This document shows positions 1 to 10,595 of a DNA stretch of 16,059 bases, piece by piece. Within the stretch, counting starts at the first letter, position 1. Each line of letters begins with the position of its first letter. The notes under the pieces are model-generated. The model searched no databases and was not told where the DNA came from. It was given only the letters and a program-made list of their open reading frames with translations. The position numbers and the translations under genes were made by a program. The stretch comes from Plakobranchus ocellatus (Eukaryota), in contig BLXT01005793.1 in NCBI GenBank assembly GCA_019648995.1, forward strand, positions 717,157 through 733,215. Direction: 5' to 3'.

Positions 1-31
1 TAGTTTTTTCCTGCGTTGGAACTCATTTTAA

Positions 32-246
32 CTAAGGATATCATGCGGACATTCTGATAAACTGATGCCTAAAGCTCACACCTGTGGCAGTATACGAAGA
101 ATCCTGCAGATTTATGGATTCAAAACTGAAAGCAAAGAGGCATACAGAGATTTCTTTGACAGAGCCACAGCACTTCCTAAAAGCCATGCAGACACAGACA
201 ATAGAGTATTTTTTTATCCAATCCACCAAAACCTTTCAATGTAGAC
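32..246 (+). other. Possible 3'-terminal coding segment of a convergent neighbouring gene (…HTCGSIRRILQIYGFKTESKEAYRDFFDRATALPKSHADTDNRVFFYPIHQNLSM*), unidentified
   Basis: There is a stop-free plus-strand frame from 32 to the TAG at 244-246 in a region that is less AT-rich than the introns. It is not in the ORF track because it has no start codon. I recognise no family. It could equally be 3' UTR or intergenic sequence. Confidence 0.15.
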
Positions 247-2562
247 ATAATATGCATATTTAGTGAGCGTTGTTTTGCCCTCGTTTTATTTTCCTTGACC
301 TGTTGTTTTCCATCAATCTGCAGATGGAGTTTCATAGGTCCTCCGCCATTTCATTGTTTAGTATGTGAAAAATTGCACACTGGCACTGGAACCCATTTCT
401 ACCCTGACATGGTGGCAGCTTTCAACGGCCGACCCTCTGATTGTTATCCTCCCAAGTGGTTACAAGATGAAGCTGGACCTAGCTGATGTTTTAAAATAAT
501 GATAATAATTTTTATAGTCTAATTTTTGTAACTTTCTCTGCATTATCTTTTAGCCAAAAAATGGGGTAGAAGAGGAGACTTATATTCAACATAATCATGC
601 AAATATGAAGCTTGCAAACAGAAAACTGGATCATCCCATTGTTAAAACTTATCAAGTGCTAGATAAGACAGTTTTATAAACTGGTTGAATTAATAAGAAA
701 AATATGTTGTTTGTGCAAATGTAGAAACTATAATGGATGCTGGTTCTTTATCTTCCGTCCAGCTTGAGGGGGCTGCCATTTTTCAAATTTATGCCATGAT
801 GACAAACAGTGTTTGAAAATGGATCATTTAATAAAAAAAAGAATGTAATATTAACTCTAATTTGGAGATAAATCTTTCCATTTTATTCTCTTTCTATTGG
901 TATTTGTTCAAATATTCAAATTTTTAAATATTCCTTCCAACCAATGCTGTGTCTTATACATCTGAACCAAGTGCATGTGTATATAAGCACAGTGTGTGCA
1001 TAACGCAAGCATTTTGTTTGAAAAATATACACCGTTACACCCTATCAGTGGTAAAAAAAAATGTGCAAACAAAAACAAAATATCTGAAACGTTTAATATT
1101 GAACTAAAACAAATATTTAAAATAATTTTATCTCACTGAATTTTCAAATAAATGAAGAGATGATTGCCTTTTAAAAATTATATTTACAAAACAAATACAG
1201 CAGCATTTAGAGATGGAAAAATGATTTGCCTCTTTTAGTTTTGGCTTCTTTTATTGTTGAAAATGGTTACTTAGCATATGGGGGTCATCTAAATTATTGG
1301 GTTTGTCAATTTTAGACTGCACTGATATAGCTACCATAATGACCCTTGTATGTGTAAGTGATGTTTGTAAACAAAGTCAACTGATCAAAGTTGGGAATCG
1401 AATAATAAAGGATTGTAACTTTTTCATATAAACCAAAAAGGAATTGAAAAAGAATTTTTTACGTATCTAGGAATGAAAAGTGTTTATTTGTTGCAAAACC
1501 AACTTTTTTTACATGTAAGAATCACAACAAATCTTTTACTTTTTTACAATAATGCACATAAGTTGATACTTTATAGAGAGAGAAAAGAGGTATTTGAAGC
1601 AGAGTAGCATAGACACAAGTTATAATCATTTGAAACCTCTGATTTTATATTTGTCTCTTTAAATGAAACAAAGTGTATGCTTAAGTAAATAAAAAAAAAT
1701 TCTACATTATATAACAAAGGGAAAGAAATTACATCATATGCTCTACACATTTGAAATGTTGCATTGATCTTTCTTTTTCTCCAACAATGAATAAGATAAG
1801 GATCCAATGAATTGTAAATCATATAAAAAATGAGCAAAAAATATTTTTGTGTCTTCATAAATGTCCTGAAATGTTGGTCATGTCTTAAAGAAATGTATCA
1901 CCTCTTAAACTGATAAAAAAAAATAAAAAAAAAGTGAAAAAAGTTGTAAGAAACACCCTTCAAAAGCATAAAGGGTTGTGATATCTTATTTTAAAAAACC
2001 CACACACATAAAATAAGCTGTAAATAGGCTTGATGAATTGAAAATGTTTAAAAAAAAAAAAGAAAGAAAAGAAAAGGGAATATCATTCTGCCTTAAGGCA
2101 ACATAATTCACACAAAAGATGAAAAAAGGATGAAGTGAAGTTTAAATATGATCACAGTGGATTTTTCAACAATATCTTTTATGATTATTTATGAAACATG
2201 GAGCAAGACAAACCACCAAACTTATGCTAAATGTATCAGAGAAGATAGACAATTATTCAAACCCATCCATGTTAGAGTATGCATGGTGGCCTGGGTGTGC
2301 AAATATTTTACACTATAACTACATATTAGTCACAAACAGAAGAAAAAAATAGATTCTCTATTTGCTGATTCTGGTAGAAATTGAAGAAGGATTTATATTT
2401 TTTTAAATGTATAAATACTTTGGAATATATTTTTTAAGATAATCTTCAAGAAGATCTCAAATTCTTTCAAATGAATTACAATGAAAATTCCTGAGGTATT
2501 AAAAATGTGATAGATAGCTTTTAACTCTTGCAGAAGATAAATTGAAATAAAAAATAATGTAT

Positions 2563-2568
2563 TTAATG
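2563..2568 (-). promoter_or_regulatory. MVP: Candidate poly(A) signal ATTAAA (plus-strand tttaat), about 230 nt downstream of the MVP stop codon
   Basis: First AATAAA/ATTAAA-type hexamer on the minus strand downstream of the stop at 2796. No canonical AATAAA (plus-strand tttatt) occurs between 2400 and 2795. This is an inference only. Confidence 0.3.
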
Positions 2569-2795
2569 CAATTCATCACAAGAGATCTCTTAGATTAGGT
2601 TATTCACCAGTAAAAAGACTTTTCGTTTTTAAAATTATCGTAAACAAAAATCATTTTAGTACAAAATATGAGCAGTGAAAAAAACTGTAAAACTATAATT
2701 CAGTCTGGACATTAATATCATCAGCACTTGATATTCGAAACAGTGGTCTTAGAGTACTTGATGGATCACGCAACCTACATCTGGTTAATTCAAAC

Positions 2796-2936
2796 TTATT
2801 CATCATCATCATCCTTGGAGGCTTTGGCTGGTACCAGGCCACCAATTAGGCCAGAAGCAGTATTGAACAGGTTTATGGGAGATGAACCATCTGTGATGAG
2901 TGTCGACTTCAACCCCAGCGCCTGTAGCATGCGCAC
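2796..2936 (-). CDS. MVP: Major vault protein, terminal coding exon ([46 protein letters not shown])
   Basis: Reverse-complement translation matches the MVP cap-ring/C-terminus motif ([21 protein letters not shown]). Acceptor on the minus strand is ttctttattcatcag|GTGCGC (exon upper boundary 2936). Stop is TAA at 2796-2798 (plus-strand tta). Length is 141 nt (46 codons plus stop), phase 0. Confidence 0.88.
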   Translation of the reverse strand: MRMLQALGLKSTLITDGSSPINLFNTASGLIGGLVPAKASKDDDDE

Positions 2937-3286
2937 CTGATGAATAAAGAAAACAAATTAGCTATCTGATGGAGCAATGATCATTTCTCATCCTAAACCC
3001 TTCTCCTTACTGTTCAATCCTCTAGGCCACAAATCCTTCACAGCTGTCAACTAGTGGAAACTCTAGTTATTAACAAGATTGGCTACACAAAAGATGAATT
3101 CCCTCTTATAAATCATAAAACAGCAAAACAGTATTATTTTAACCAATTTTCCTTACAACAAAACATATACTGAATTGAGTTCCTTTTTTTTTTAAACGGA
3201 CAAACATTGTTTCTTACAATAATTTTTGTTTACCCACACCCAGCATACACATGTATGGTCTGGAAAAATTGCTCAAAGGAATATAC

Positions 3287-3475
3287 CTGCATATCTGGAC
3301 CAGCAGTGGCCATGGCAAGAAGTGTATTGGATCCAATGGCGTCCACCATCTCCTTGAACTTGTTGATCTCGATAGATGAGAGCTCCTGGGCTTTTTCCAC
3401 CGCCATCTTGTTCTGCTCAGATTCATATTTGAGTTCAGCCTCGCGGGCTAGTGTGAGACGGTTCAACTCAGACTC
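3287..3475 (-). CDS. MVP: MVP exon (ESELNRLTLAREAELKYESEQNKMAVEKAQELSSIEINKFKEMVDAIGSNTLLAMATAGPDMQ), cap-helix coiled coil
   Basis: Colinear with human MVP ...[41 protein letters not shown]. Minus-strand acceptor is tattttttatcttag|GAGTCT and donor is CAG|gtatat. Length 189 nt, phase 0/0. Part of track ORF 3230..3466(-), whose tail (VYSFEQ...) is intron read-through. Confidence 0.9.
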
Positions 3476-4111
3476 CTAAGATAAAAAATATATATTTTGG
3501 TGGATTTCAAGTTTCCATCATAACAAAAAAGTTCCTCAAATTCATTTAGCAATTTATCATATAAAATACAGGCTTGTCATTTAAAATCACAATAGGACCA
3601 TTTTTTAGATGTTAAAGGGGCCCAAGGCCTTTTGTTTTCTATTCCTAAATTCATTTGAGACTTCCTTTTTGAATAACTGAAAATTAGTCATCTGCAGTGC
3701 CAATTGCTGTAAAAATGTGTAGTTGTCTAGTCTCATAAAATGAGTGGTGCAAGAAAAAAAAAAACAATACTTTATGCACAGAAAGTCGCAATATGATTAA
3801 GAAAAATCTACATTTAGAAAAATTTTAGAAAAATGAAATATTTTTTACCCTTCTCATTTACAAAATTTATTGAATGTCAAGTCGATAAAAGCATATCTCG
3901 GTTAATTATAGCCATGCTGTTTTCTCTTCTCGTTCATAAAATAGCCATTTATGAATTCTTCAATGAACCTATTTTTGTTTTTATTCCTTTTCCTTCTCTT
4001 AATGGATATTGCAAAATAATGAAAACCCTAGACCTCAATTACAATTACCTTAAATTGCAAAATGACATTCAATGCACATGCAAAGTGAATGTTTTTTTTT
4101 TGTTTTTGTTT

Positions 4112-4126
4112 TATATATATATATAT
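4112..4126. repeat. (TA)7 microsatellite
   Basis: tatatatatatatat in an AT-rich intron. Confidence 0.8.
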
Positions 4127-4627
4127 CATATTATTTCTAGGTTTATAATACCTGATACAATGAAATTTTTCAAATATTAGTTTATTTTTCGTTGAAATAC
4201 AATCCTTTAAAGATTATGGAGTGATAAGCATACACCAAAAATCTTAAATATCCTACAAATCTAAATAAAAAATCTAACTTGAGAAGCATAGACATTCATC
4301 AAAAAAAAAAACAACAAAAAATTACTCCCAAAAATATAATTACATTTGTGAAAAGATTGGCTCTAGAGTTCAAGATATAGAGTAGAGTAAGAAAAAACAG
4401 AGTCTCATCAAAGAAAGTTTCTTGCATTCGAGATAGACAATGATATTTTTTACATGATAAAAATATCTAATATCTAAATCCACTGATTAATATACCAAAT
4501 AAAGAAAACAAAGCCCATAATTAATAGCTCACAAAAGCAGAAATAAATTTCATCATAGTGAAGTAATCATGAACCCAAGAAGAGATATATATATACTAAA
4601 GAAACCATGCCGAGTAGAACCACTTAC

Positions 4628-4871
4628 AGCCTCAATCTTGTTTGCCATAGACTTGAGCTTGGCTTGTTCCACAGCAGCTTCACCTTCAATTTTGGAGGCT
4701 TCCGCTCGACTCTGGGCCTCTGCCTTAGCCTGGCCAGTGCTCTCAACAGCTGCACTGTTGGCCTGGAGCTCCAGCAGTTGCTTTCGTGCCTTCTCCGCCT
4801 CTGCCTCATCAGTGATCTTCTGACGCTCAAGCCTGCCCTTAGCTTCTTGCTCAAGACGCTCAGCCTCATGC
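4628..4871 (-). CDS. MVP: MVP exon ((R)[81 protein letters not shown]), cap-helix coiled coil
   Basis: Hand reverse-complement translation has no stops and aligns to human [65 protein letters not shown]. Acceptor is tttcttcacag|G and donor is GCT|gtaagt. Length 244 nt = 1 + 81 codons. The true frame is absent from the ORF track because the exon has no start codon. Track ORFs 4569..4823(+), 4607..4891(+) and 4624..4869(-) are wrong frames. Confidence 0.9.
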
Positions 4872-5503
4872 CTGTGAAGAAAGGTTTATGAATTGATAAA
4901 AACTGTAATAATTATGAAATGACTTTAAGAAGAAAAGAACAAAATAAATATATTTATTCAAAGTTAATCCAAACTAAAACAACCAGTGCAAAAGAAAGAA
5001 TCACAAACAAATTCCTACCCAAACCAAAAAAGTTATTAAATTTACCAAAAGCATTTTACCCATTGGATTTTGTCAAAGAAAAACTGTTTTAAACTAATTG
5101 GTTGCATAGCCAAAAGCATCGACAATTAGGAAAGAAAAAGCGAAGGGTCAACCTATATGATAAATCCATCTAGCATAAGCATTTGGACTGTCATTAAAAT
5201 TGTAGCTTTCTTTTTTCTTTATCGGTAATAAAGAGGAACCGCACACATCAAGCTGCAGATCTACATGACTGATTTTAAAAGAATGGCTTAAATTAAAGAA
5301 AAAGAATTACCACTGCTTTGTGTTCAGAAATTTTAGAATATTTATAGACAGTTCTGCAAGTAGAGAAATGAGACTTTTTTCCTTTTTTATTTGGGTTTAT
5401 AATGTAAAGTCACTTGTGTTGATTCACAACTTGACTCATTTTGTAAAGCTCCTACACAAATTACATATTAGACTTGAAATACTATAAGACTAGTCAAAGT
5501 TAC

Positions 5504-5715
5504 CTGGCAGCTGCCTCCTGAGAGTTGGTTGTGATTTCAATTGCCAGCTGAACAGATTTTTGCAGTGCATCTCTGGTTCTTTGGTCGACTGGCTCCACAG
5601 ACTGGATATCAATGCTGGTGATGACCAGGTTGTTCTGAGGGAAGTTGAAGTGCTCTTTAACTTTCCCATTGGTATCCATGCCAAATACAGAAGCGCGGAT
5701 GATTTTGGCCGAGTT
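5504..5715 (-). CDS. MVP: MVP exon ([70 protein letters not shown](R)), shoulder domain
   Basis: Matches human NSARIIRTAVFGFE...[48 protein letters not shown]. Acceptor is tttcaaccag|AAC and donor is GCC AG|gtaact. The split Arg codon (AG|G) is completed by the first base of exon 4628-4871. Length 212 nt = 70 codons + 2. Confidence 0.9.
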
Positions 5716-6145
5716 CTGGTTGAAACACAAGATTACTCTACTTAGAAATGGCGTTCCAGAAATATGATGAATAACAAGAGGATGTGGTAAGGACCACTAA
5801 AGAAAGAATAAATTATATTATGTCTTGAGGCTGGTATAAAAGAGTCACATGCTGCATAAGCATAAAATTTTTTTAAATGTTCATTGCTCATACTAAAAGA
5901 ACAAACTTAACCTTGATGTGCTTTTATCATTGTTAAATACATTTGAAAGAACAATGTCAAAATGTGACAGGCAATACTTAAAATGAATCATGTCTACTCT
6001 TGCATCACTTTTGAGTTTTATTTCTAGGAAGAATGTTTGCTTAAAATGGAATTCGGTAATCTTTACAATACAACAAAAAAAAATCATCATGAAACCATCA
6101 TACAAATGATACCAATATTGCCAAATACAAACTTTTATGGCCTAC

Positions 6146-6287
6146 CTTGTGGAAGTCATCAAACTGGACTTGAGCCACAGCTCCTCGCACACGGGATGCA
6201 ATTGCTTTACAAGCGTCTCCTGTAAAGTCGGGCACACTGAAAAGCTTGGCTGCCTCTTCTGGGGTCTTGCTTGTATAGGCAAAATGC
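6146..6287 (-). CDS. MVP: MVP exon ((W)[47 protein letters not shown])
   Basis: Matches human [48 protein letters not shown]. Acceptor is ttctgttcctgtag|G and donor is AAG|gtaggc. Length 142 nt = 1 + 47 codons. The W codon is split TG|G with the upstream exon. Confidence 0.9.
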
Positions 6288-6911
6288 CTACAGGAACAGA
6301 ATAGCAGCAACTTAAACTATTGTATCATATGTTTAAGTGATTTATGACAGCAGAAGCAAAGGTCCATTTTTTTTCACCTGTTATCCCAAAACAAGGGATA
6401 TTCTGTTCATATCATCTCAACCAATGATGATTCTCTAGTTGTCATTTTTTTTTTAATTTATTTCACTTGACATTTGAATATTTTTCAAAATACTTTTACT
6501 CTTATTAATATTTGCCCTAATTTGGGCCTTTGAAAAAAAACTAAGTAGATCTGTCTATTTTTTTTTTTCAAAAACATTGCATGTTTTCAGAAAAAAACAA
6601 ATGACACATGTAAAAAGAAACTTTTCTATAGGCGAGTCAGGGTTCACAATTATAAAAATACAAATAGAAAAAAAAAAAACCTACAAGATTATTATCATCA
6701 AATGTAATGGCATATCATGCAATTCCACTATGACTGAAGTGCATTTCTTTATATGATACATCCCATCAAAAACAGTTTAGGCTAACATATCTGGTGGTCA
6801 TCTGGTATTTTGGCTGAATGGCATTTCACTAATGCTAATTGTATTGGTACCTAAAATAAACCAGACTATATCTTTTGAATATATGCAAGAGAAAATCATT
6901 CCAAGACCCAC

Positions 6912-7109
6912 CAGTTGTAGGAGAGCTGCAATGAGAGCCTAGCATGGTCTGCTGTCTCTACCACAATGATATCAGTGCAAAAGTCTGGCCCAAGCAGCAG
7001 GCACAGAGATTTGATCATGTTGGGCTTCTTGGGCTTCCCTCCAGACAGACTCAGCTGGGTGAACTGCTCATCAGGGCCCAGCATCACAAGCTCAGGCCCG
7101 AACACAACT
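6912..7109 (-). CDS. MVP: MVP exon ((R)[65 protein letters not shown](W))
   Basis: Matches human [67 protein letters not shown]. Acceptor is ctcctttttgatcag|A and donor is AAC TG|gtgggt. Length 198 nt = 1 + 65 codons + 2. Confidence 0.9.
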
Positions 7110-7872
7110 CTGATCAAAAAGGAGAGGAGAGAATTATATAATTATAAGAGTCAAGACCCAAAATTGCACAGTGATTGTGGGTTTCTATCACTTCAAATTT
7201 ATTATTGCACTCATAATTTAAATCAAAGATAGCAACAGGATAAATATTTTTGGGATGAATAAAAACAGAACTTCATAAATGAAGAAACATCTTGAAATAT
7301 GTCTAAATCAGCCTAAAGACAGACTTTAAATATTTTTCCTCTTTGAAAGAGCCTGAAACTTCTCTTTTTGTGCTTTAAGATGGTGAAAACTGGATGCAGT
7401 TTTGTTGATTATGAGACGAGACAAAGGTTTTTTATTCATTTAAAAAAGACATTTAACAAAGAAAAATTAACTCATAATTTCTTTTTCTTTTTTTCAAATT
7501 TTTCATATGTTTGTTTAAGATTAAGCCCAAAACAAAAATTTAAACCATTTATATAAAGATCAATTCTCAGTGAGATATCATACCCTGCAAAAGAAGAGGG
7601 AGAAAGCATTTGACAAAGATCTTTGGGATACTAATATAAGAGAGAAAGTACTGCTGGGAAAATGCGCATAACAGAAGAAAATGAAATAAAACTAACAAAT
7701 AAGATAATGTTTGCCTCACAACATACAGCTTTGTTTGAAAGAGAGAGAAACACACTAAAAGACTCTTCAATAGGCAGCAATGCATTTCAATAAAAGTGTT
7801 TTTTTTTAATCAGATAACAATAGTTTTTAGAATCTACTGTCAGATTTCTAATTTTAGAACGAAAAAGGAAAA

Positions 7873-7950
7873 GTGAGAGGGAGAAAAAAACAGAAAGAGA
7901 GAGAGAGAGAGAGAGAGTGAGAGACAGAGAGAGAGAAAGAAGGAGAGAGA
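7873..7950. repeat. (GA)n microsatellite / polypurine tract with pure (GA)10 at 7897-7917, flanked by imperfect GA/GAA repeats
   Basis: Direct reading: ...gtgagagggagaaaaaaacagaaagagagagagagagagagagagagtgagagacagagagagagaaagaaggagagaga. It is intronic, between MVP exons 6912-7109 and 8090-8322. It generates the spurious SLSLSL track ORF 7787..8080(-). Confidence 0.9.
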
Positions 7951-8089
7951 TAAAAGAATAATGTACTTGTTGTGCTTTCTTAAATACAAAGTGTTCACAT
8001 ATATTAGAGAGCAAAGAAAAAAAATTTAATGGCCAGATTGTAGGAGGGTTAACTTTAAAATGAAAGAGAAAGGTGTGCAAGTCTCAAAC

Positions 8090-8322
8090 CTGGCTTTTTT
8101 CTCTTTGTAGTCATAGATCTGAACAGCAGCATTGTGAGGAACACGGAAATTGACCACTCTGGTCTTGTCTCTAGCCTTGTGAGCATCTCTAGAGTCTTTG
8201 CGGTCACTTCGCTCTGCTAGATGGTCGACTGTAAGCAGATTTTCAACAGCAGGTGGGAGCTCTTTTGCCCAAAGCTCCTCATCTTGATTAAGCATGTAAG
8301 TGACACCTTGGATAGCACGGAC
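8090..8322 (-). CDS. MVP: MVP exon ([77 protein letters not shown](R))
   Basis: Matches human [30 protein letters not shown]...[25 protein letters not shown]. Acceptor is ttattacctttcag|GTC and donor is GCC AG|gtttga. Length 233 nt = 77 codons + 2. The split Arg codon AG|A is completed by exon 6912-7109. Confidence 0.9.
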
Positions 8323-9300
8323 CTGAAAGGTAATAAATCCATCAATAGTTAGCACAGGATTTTAGTCATTTAAAAAACTGATGTAACAAAGCCCTTGAAA
8401 TTACTTATCATCTGTAGATTCTGATAGACTTGTGAAATTCATTATTTGAATTTATAACTCAACATTTATTACAACCCACTCCCCACTTCCAATCTCTTCT
8501 CATCCCAAAAGAAACTATCAACAAAAAAAAAAAATTCCACTAACAAACAATCCTTGGAGATTATTTTTAAGATTCTACACTATGAAAACATTACTGGAAT
8601 CAAAAAATGATTTATTTGAAGCCTTGTGACAAAATGAGTAAGTGAAGATTTGGCCTAACAATTTGTAGCTGGTTTAATTATTTATAAATGATTATATTTT
8701 CTATGTCTATGGCTGGTTTTAAAGAAATATACAGTCTATAACAAACAATGTAATGTCACTGTGGTTGATAAAGATTGCCATGAATCTTCTTTCAGGATAT
8801 TTTAAATATTGTCTAGGGCTAAAGCATATAGAAACTTATTTTTTCAGGGGTTTTTTCTTCATTGATAGGCTTTTACTTTGATGTACAGGCAAATGTCAAC
8901 ATAAGATGCTTTGCTAGTACAAGTGATGTTGTGGCTGTCCTTTACATTCTATTCTATCCTCAATGTTGTTCAGAACAGGTTTATTCATCTCACGGTGAAT
9001 CTACAAGAATGCTCTTTAGCACAAATTATATTAACATCTCTATGGCCAAGATACTTTTTATGCATCACAGAAATTATTTTCATATGATGAATGAAAAGAG
9101 ATGCACAAACCTGCAAACTTCAAATTGCAGTTCTTTCTTAGACTCTTAAACTTGTGCTTTTCTTGCTTATATTTTGGCTTCTTTCTCTTCAAATATCAAA
9201 AAACAAATGATTTTATGTTTGATGAGTGGTTTTGAGAGGATAATTTAATGCATAAAAAATGAGCAGCTGGGAAATATTATTGACAGGTCTTGTCATTTAC

Positions 9301-9450
9301 CTTTCCACTCTTGATGTCTCTCACATATATGCCTTCATTTTCATCCATAGGGATTGCTTGCCTCTTCATAACAACTTCAACTTCTACAGGTGGGACATAT
9401 TCCTTTGGACCTCTGATCATCCATCTGTCCCCAGGGCTGCGAGATACTTG
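9301..9450 (-). CDS. MVP: MVP exon ([50 protein letters not shown])
   Basis: Matches human [47 protein letters not shown]. Minus-strand acceptor has a very strong Py tract: ttttttttttttttaccttttttctttccccatcag|CAA. Donor is AAG|gtaaat. Length 150 nt = 50 codons, phase 0. Confidence 0.9.
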
Positions 9451-9463
9451 CTGATGGGGAAAG

Positions 9464-9669
9464 AAAAAAGGTAAAAAAAAAAAAAGAAACAGTGACAATG
9501 TGTAAGTGACAAGCTGAAAAGCAATGTGTGAAAAAAAATGCAGGCATAAACAAAATTTTCATTCCTTTAAATGAAAATTTTGTTTATGCCTGCATTTTTT
9601 TTCACACATTGCTTTTCAGCTTGTCACTTACACATTGTCACTGTTTCTTTTTTTTTTTTTACCTTTTTT
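9464..9669. repeat. Perfect inverted repeat (palindrome) with 100-bp arms (9464-9563 and 9570-9669) and a 6-bp spacer (ccttta, 9564-9569)
   Basis: Hand reverse-complementation of 9570-9669 reproduces 9464-9563 exactly. This includes the 13-nt A run (9473-9485) versus the T run (9648-9660), and ggt...gaaac versus gtttc...acc. The first mismatch is at 9463 (g) versus 9670 (a). The mirror-image track ORFs 9377..9562(-) and 9528..9722(+) are a by-product of this symmetry. Confidence 0.95.
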
Positions 9670-10595
9670 ATATACATGCATTTTTTCTCCACTCATTACT
9701 AGTGGGTTTTTTTTTCTTTTAAAATTAACAAATTAACTGTAATTGAATATTCATGAATTTTTTTTTTTTCTCATTTGGCTTTGATTAAACCTAAGATGAT
9801 GAAGCCATTAACTGATTCTGGAAAGATCACGGTTGACTACAATGTAATTTATCAACATAGATCTTAATACCAGTTCACTGGTTCTTCAAGGATCAATTTA
9901 TATCATTTTCAATGGTCCACATATTCTTTTTTCCCTTTGCTTTAAATACATACTAAACAACAAAGAATGCATCATTCCCTTTATACAATCAAAACTTTGT
10001 TGCAGCACAATAATTCTCCTAAAATTTAATTACCATTTTGTACCCCCTGAAAAATGACATCCTTGACGAATTAAGTTTTGCACACAGCTAATTTGAACAG
10101 AAACTTTATGTTGGAATGTTAAAATATAAAACTCACTACTTGACAGTAATGCTTTTAGACTGGAGGCAAAAAGTTATGATTTCTAAAACTTAGCATCTTC
10201 TTTCTTTTTACAACAGCAAATATATCCCTTACAAATTATATATTTTTATTTTTTATCCATATTATTAACTTTGTGGGAATAATTTTTCCTGCTGTCAAGT
10301 GATTATGCTGCCTAAGTTATTCAGGCTGTTTATCAAACCACTTTTGAGCAATTAGTTATTTTTTTTAGGTAAAGATTCCATATAAATGAACTCTTTTGGG
10401 TCTTGGGTGAAAAAAATCCTAATAAATATATTTTGCTTTAATTTCAATTATGCAAAGTTCAAATTGAAGCTACAAAAGTCAGAAAAAAAATGCTTATTTC
10501 TTTGTTTATTAAAAAAGATGATGATTCTTACAGTCACACTGAGAAATAGAAAGCAAATGTAGAGGATTCACAATTCAAATGACCTTGATACTCAC

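Noticed and set aside
3833-4180. Track ORF 3833..4180(+), 115 aa
   Set aside because: AT-rich low-complexity intron sequence (F/I/K/N/Y-rich) containing the (TA)n microsatellite. It has no splice context and is on the opposite strand within an MVP intron.
4569-4891. Track ORFs 4569..4823(+), 4607..4891(+) and 4624..4869(-), all Ala/Leu/Arg-rich
   Set aside because: They are off-frame or opposite-strand readings of the GC-rich coiled-coil exon 4628-4871. The real frame is stop-free, lacks a start codon and matches MVP.
7787-8080. Track ORF 7787..8080(-) with an SLSLSLSL run
   Set aside because: An artifact of translating the (GA)n microsatellite. It overlaps an intron.
8862-9149. Track ORF 8862..9149(+) and other 60-95 aa intronic ORFs (1571..1858-, 5893..6105-, 11458..11673+, 11971..12198+, 13074..13280-, 13474..13746-)
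   Set aside because: They have no similarity I recognise and low-complexity AT-rich composition. They lie inside MVP introns or the 3' flank without splice signals, and are expected by chance in AT-rich DNA when alternative start codons are allowed.
9377-9722. Track ORFs 9377..9562(-) and 9528..9722(+), mirror-image peptides
   Set aside because: Both arise from the perfect palindrome and are not coding. F-rich peptides come from the A/T runs.
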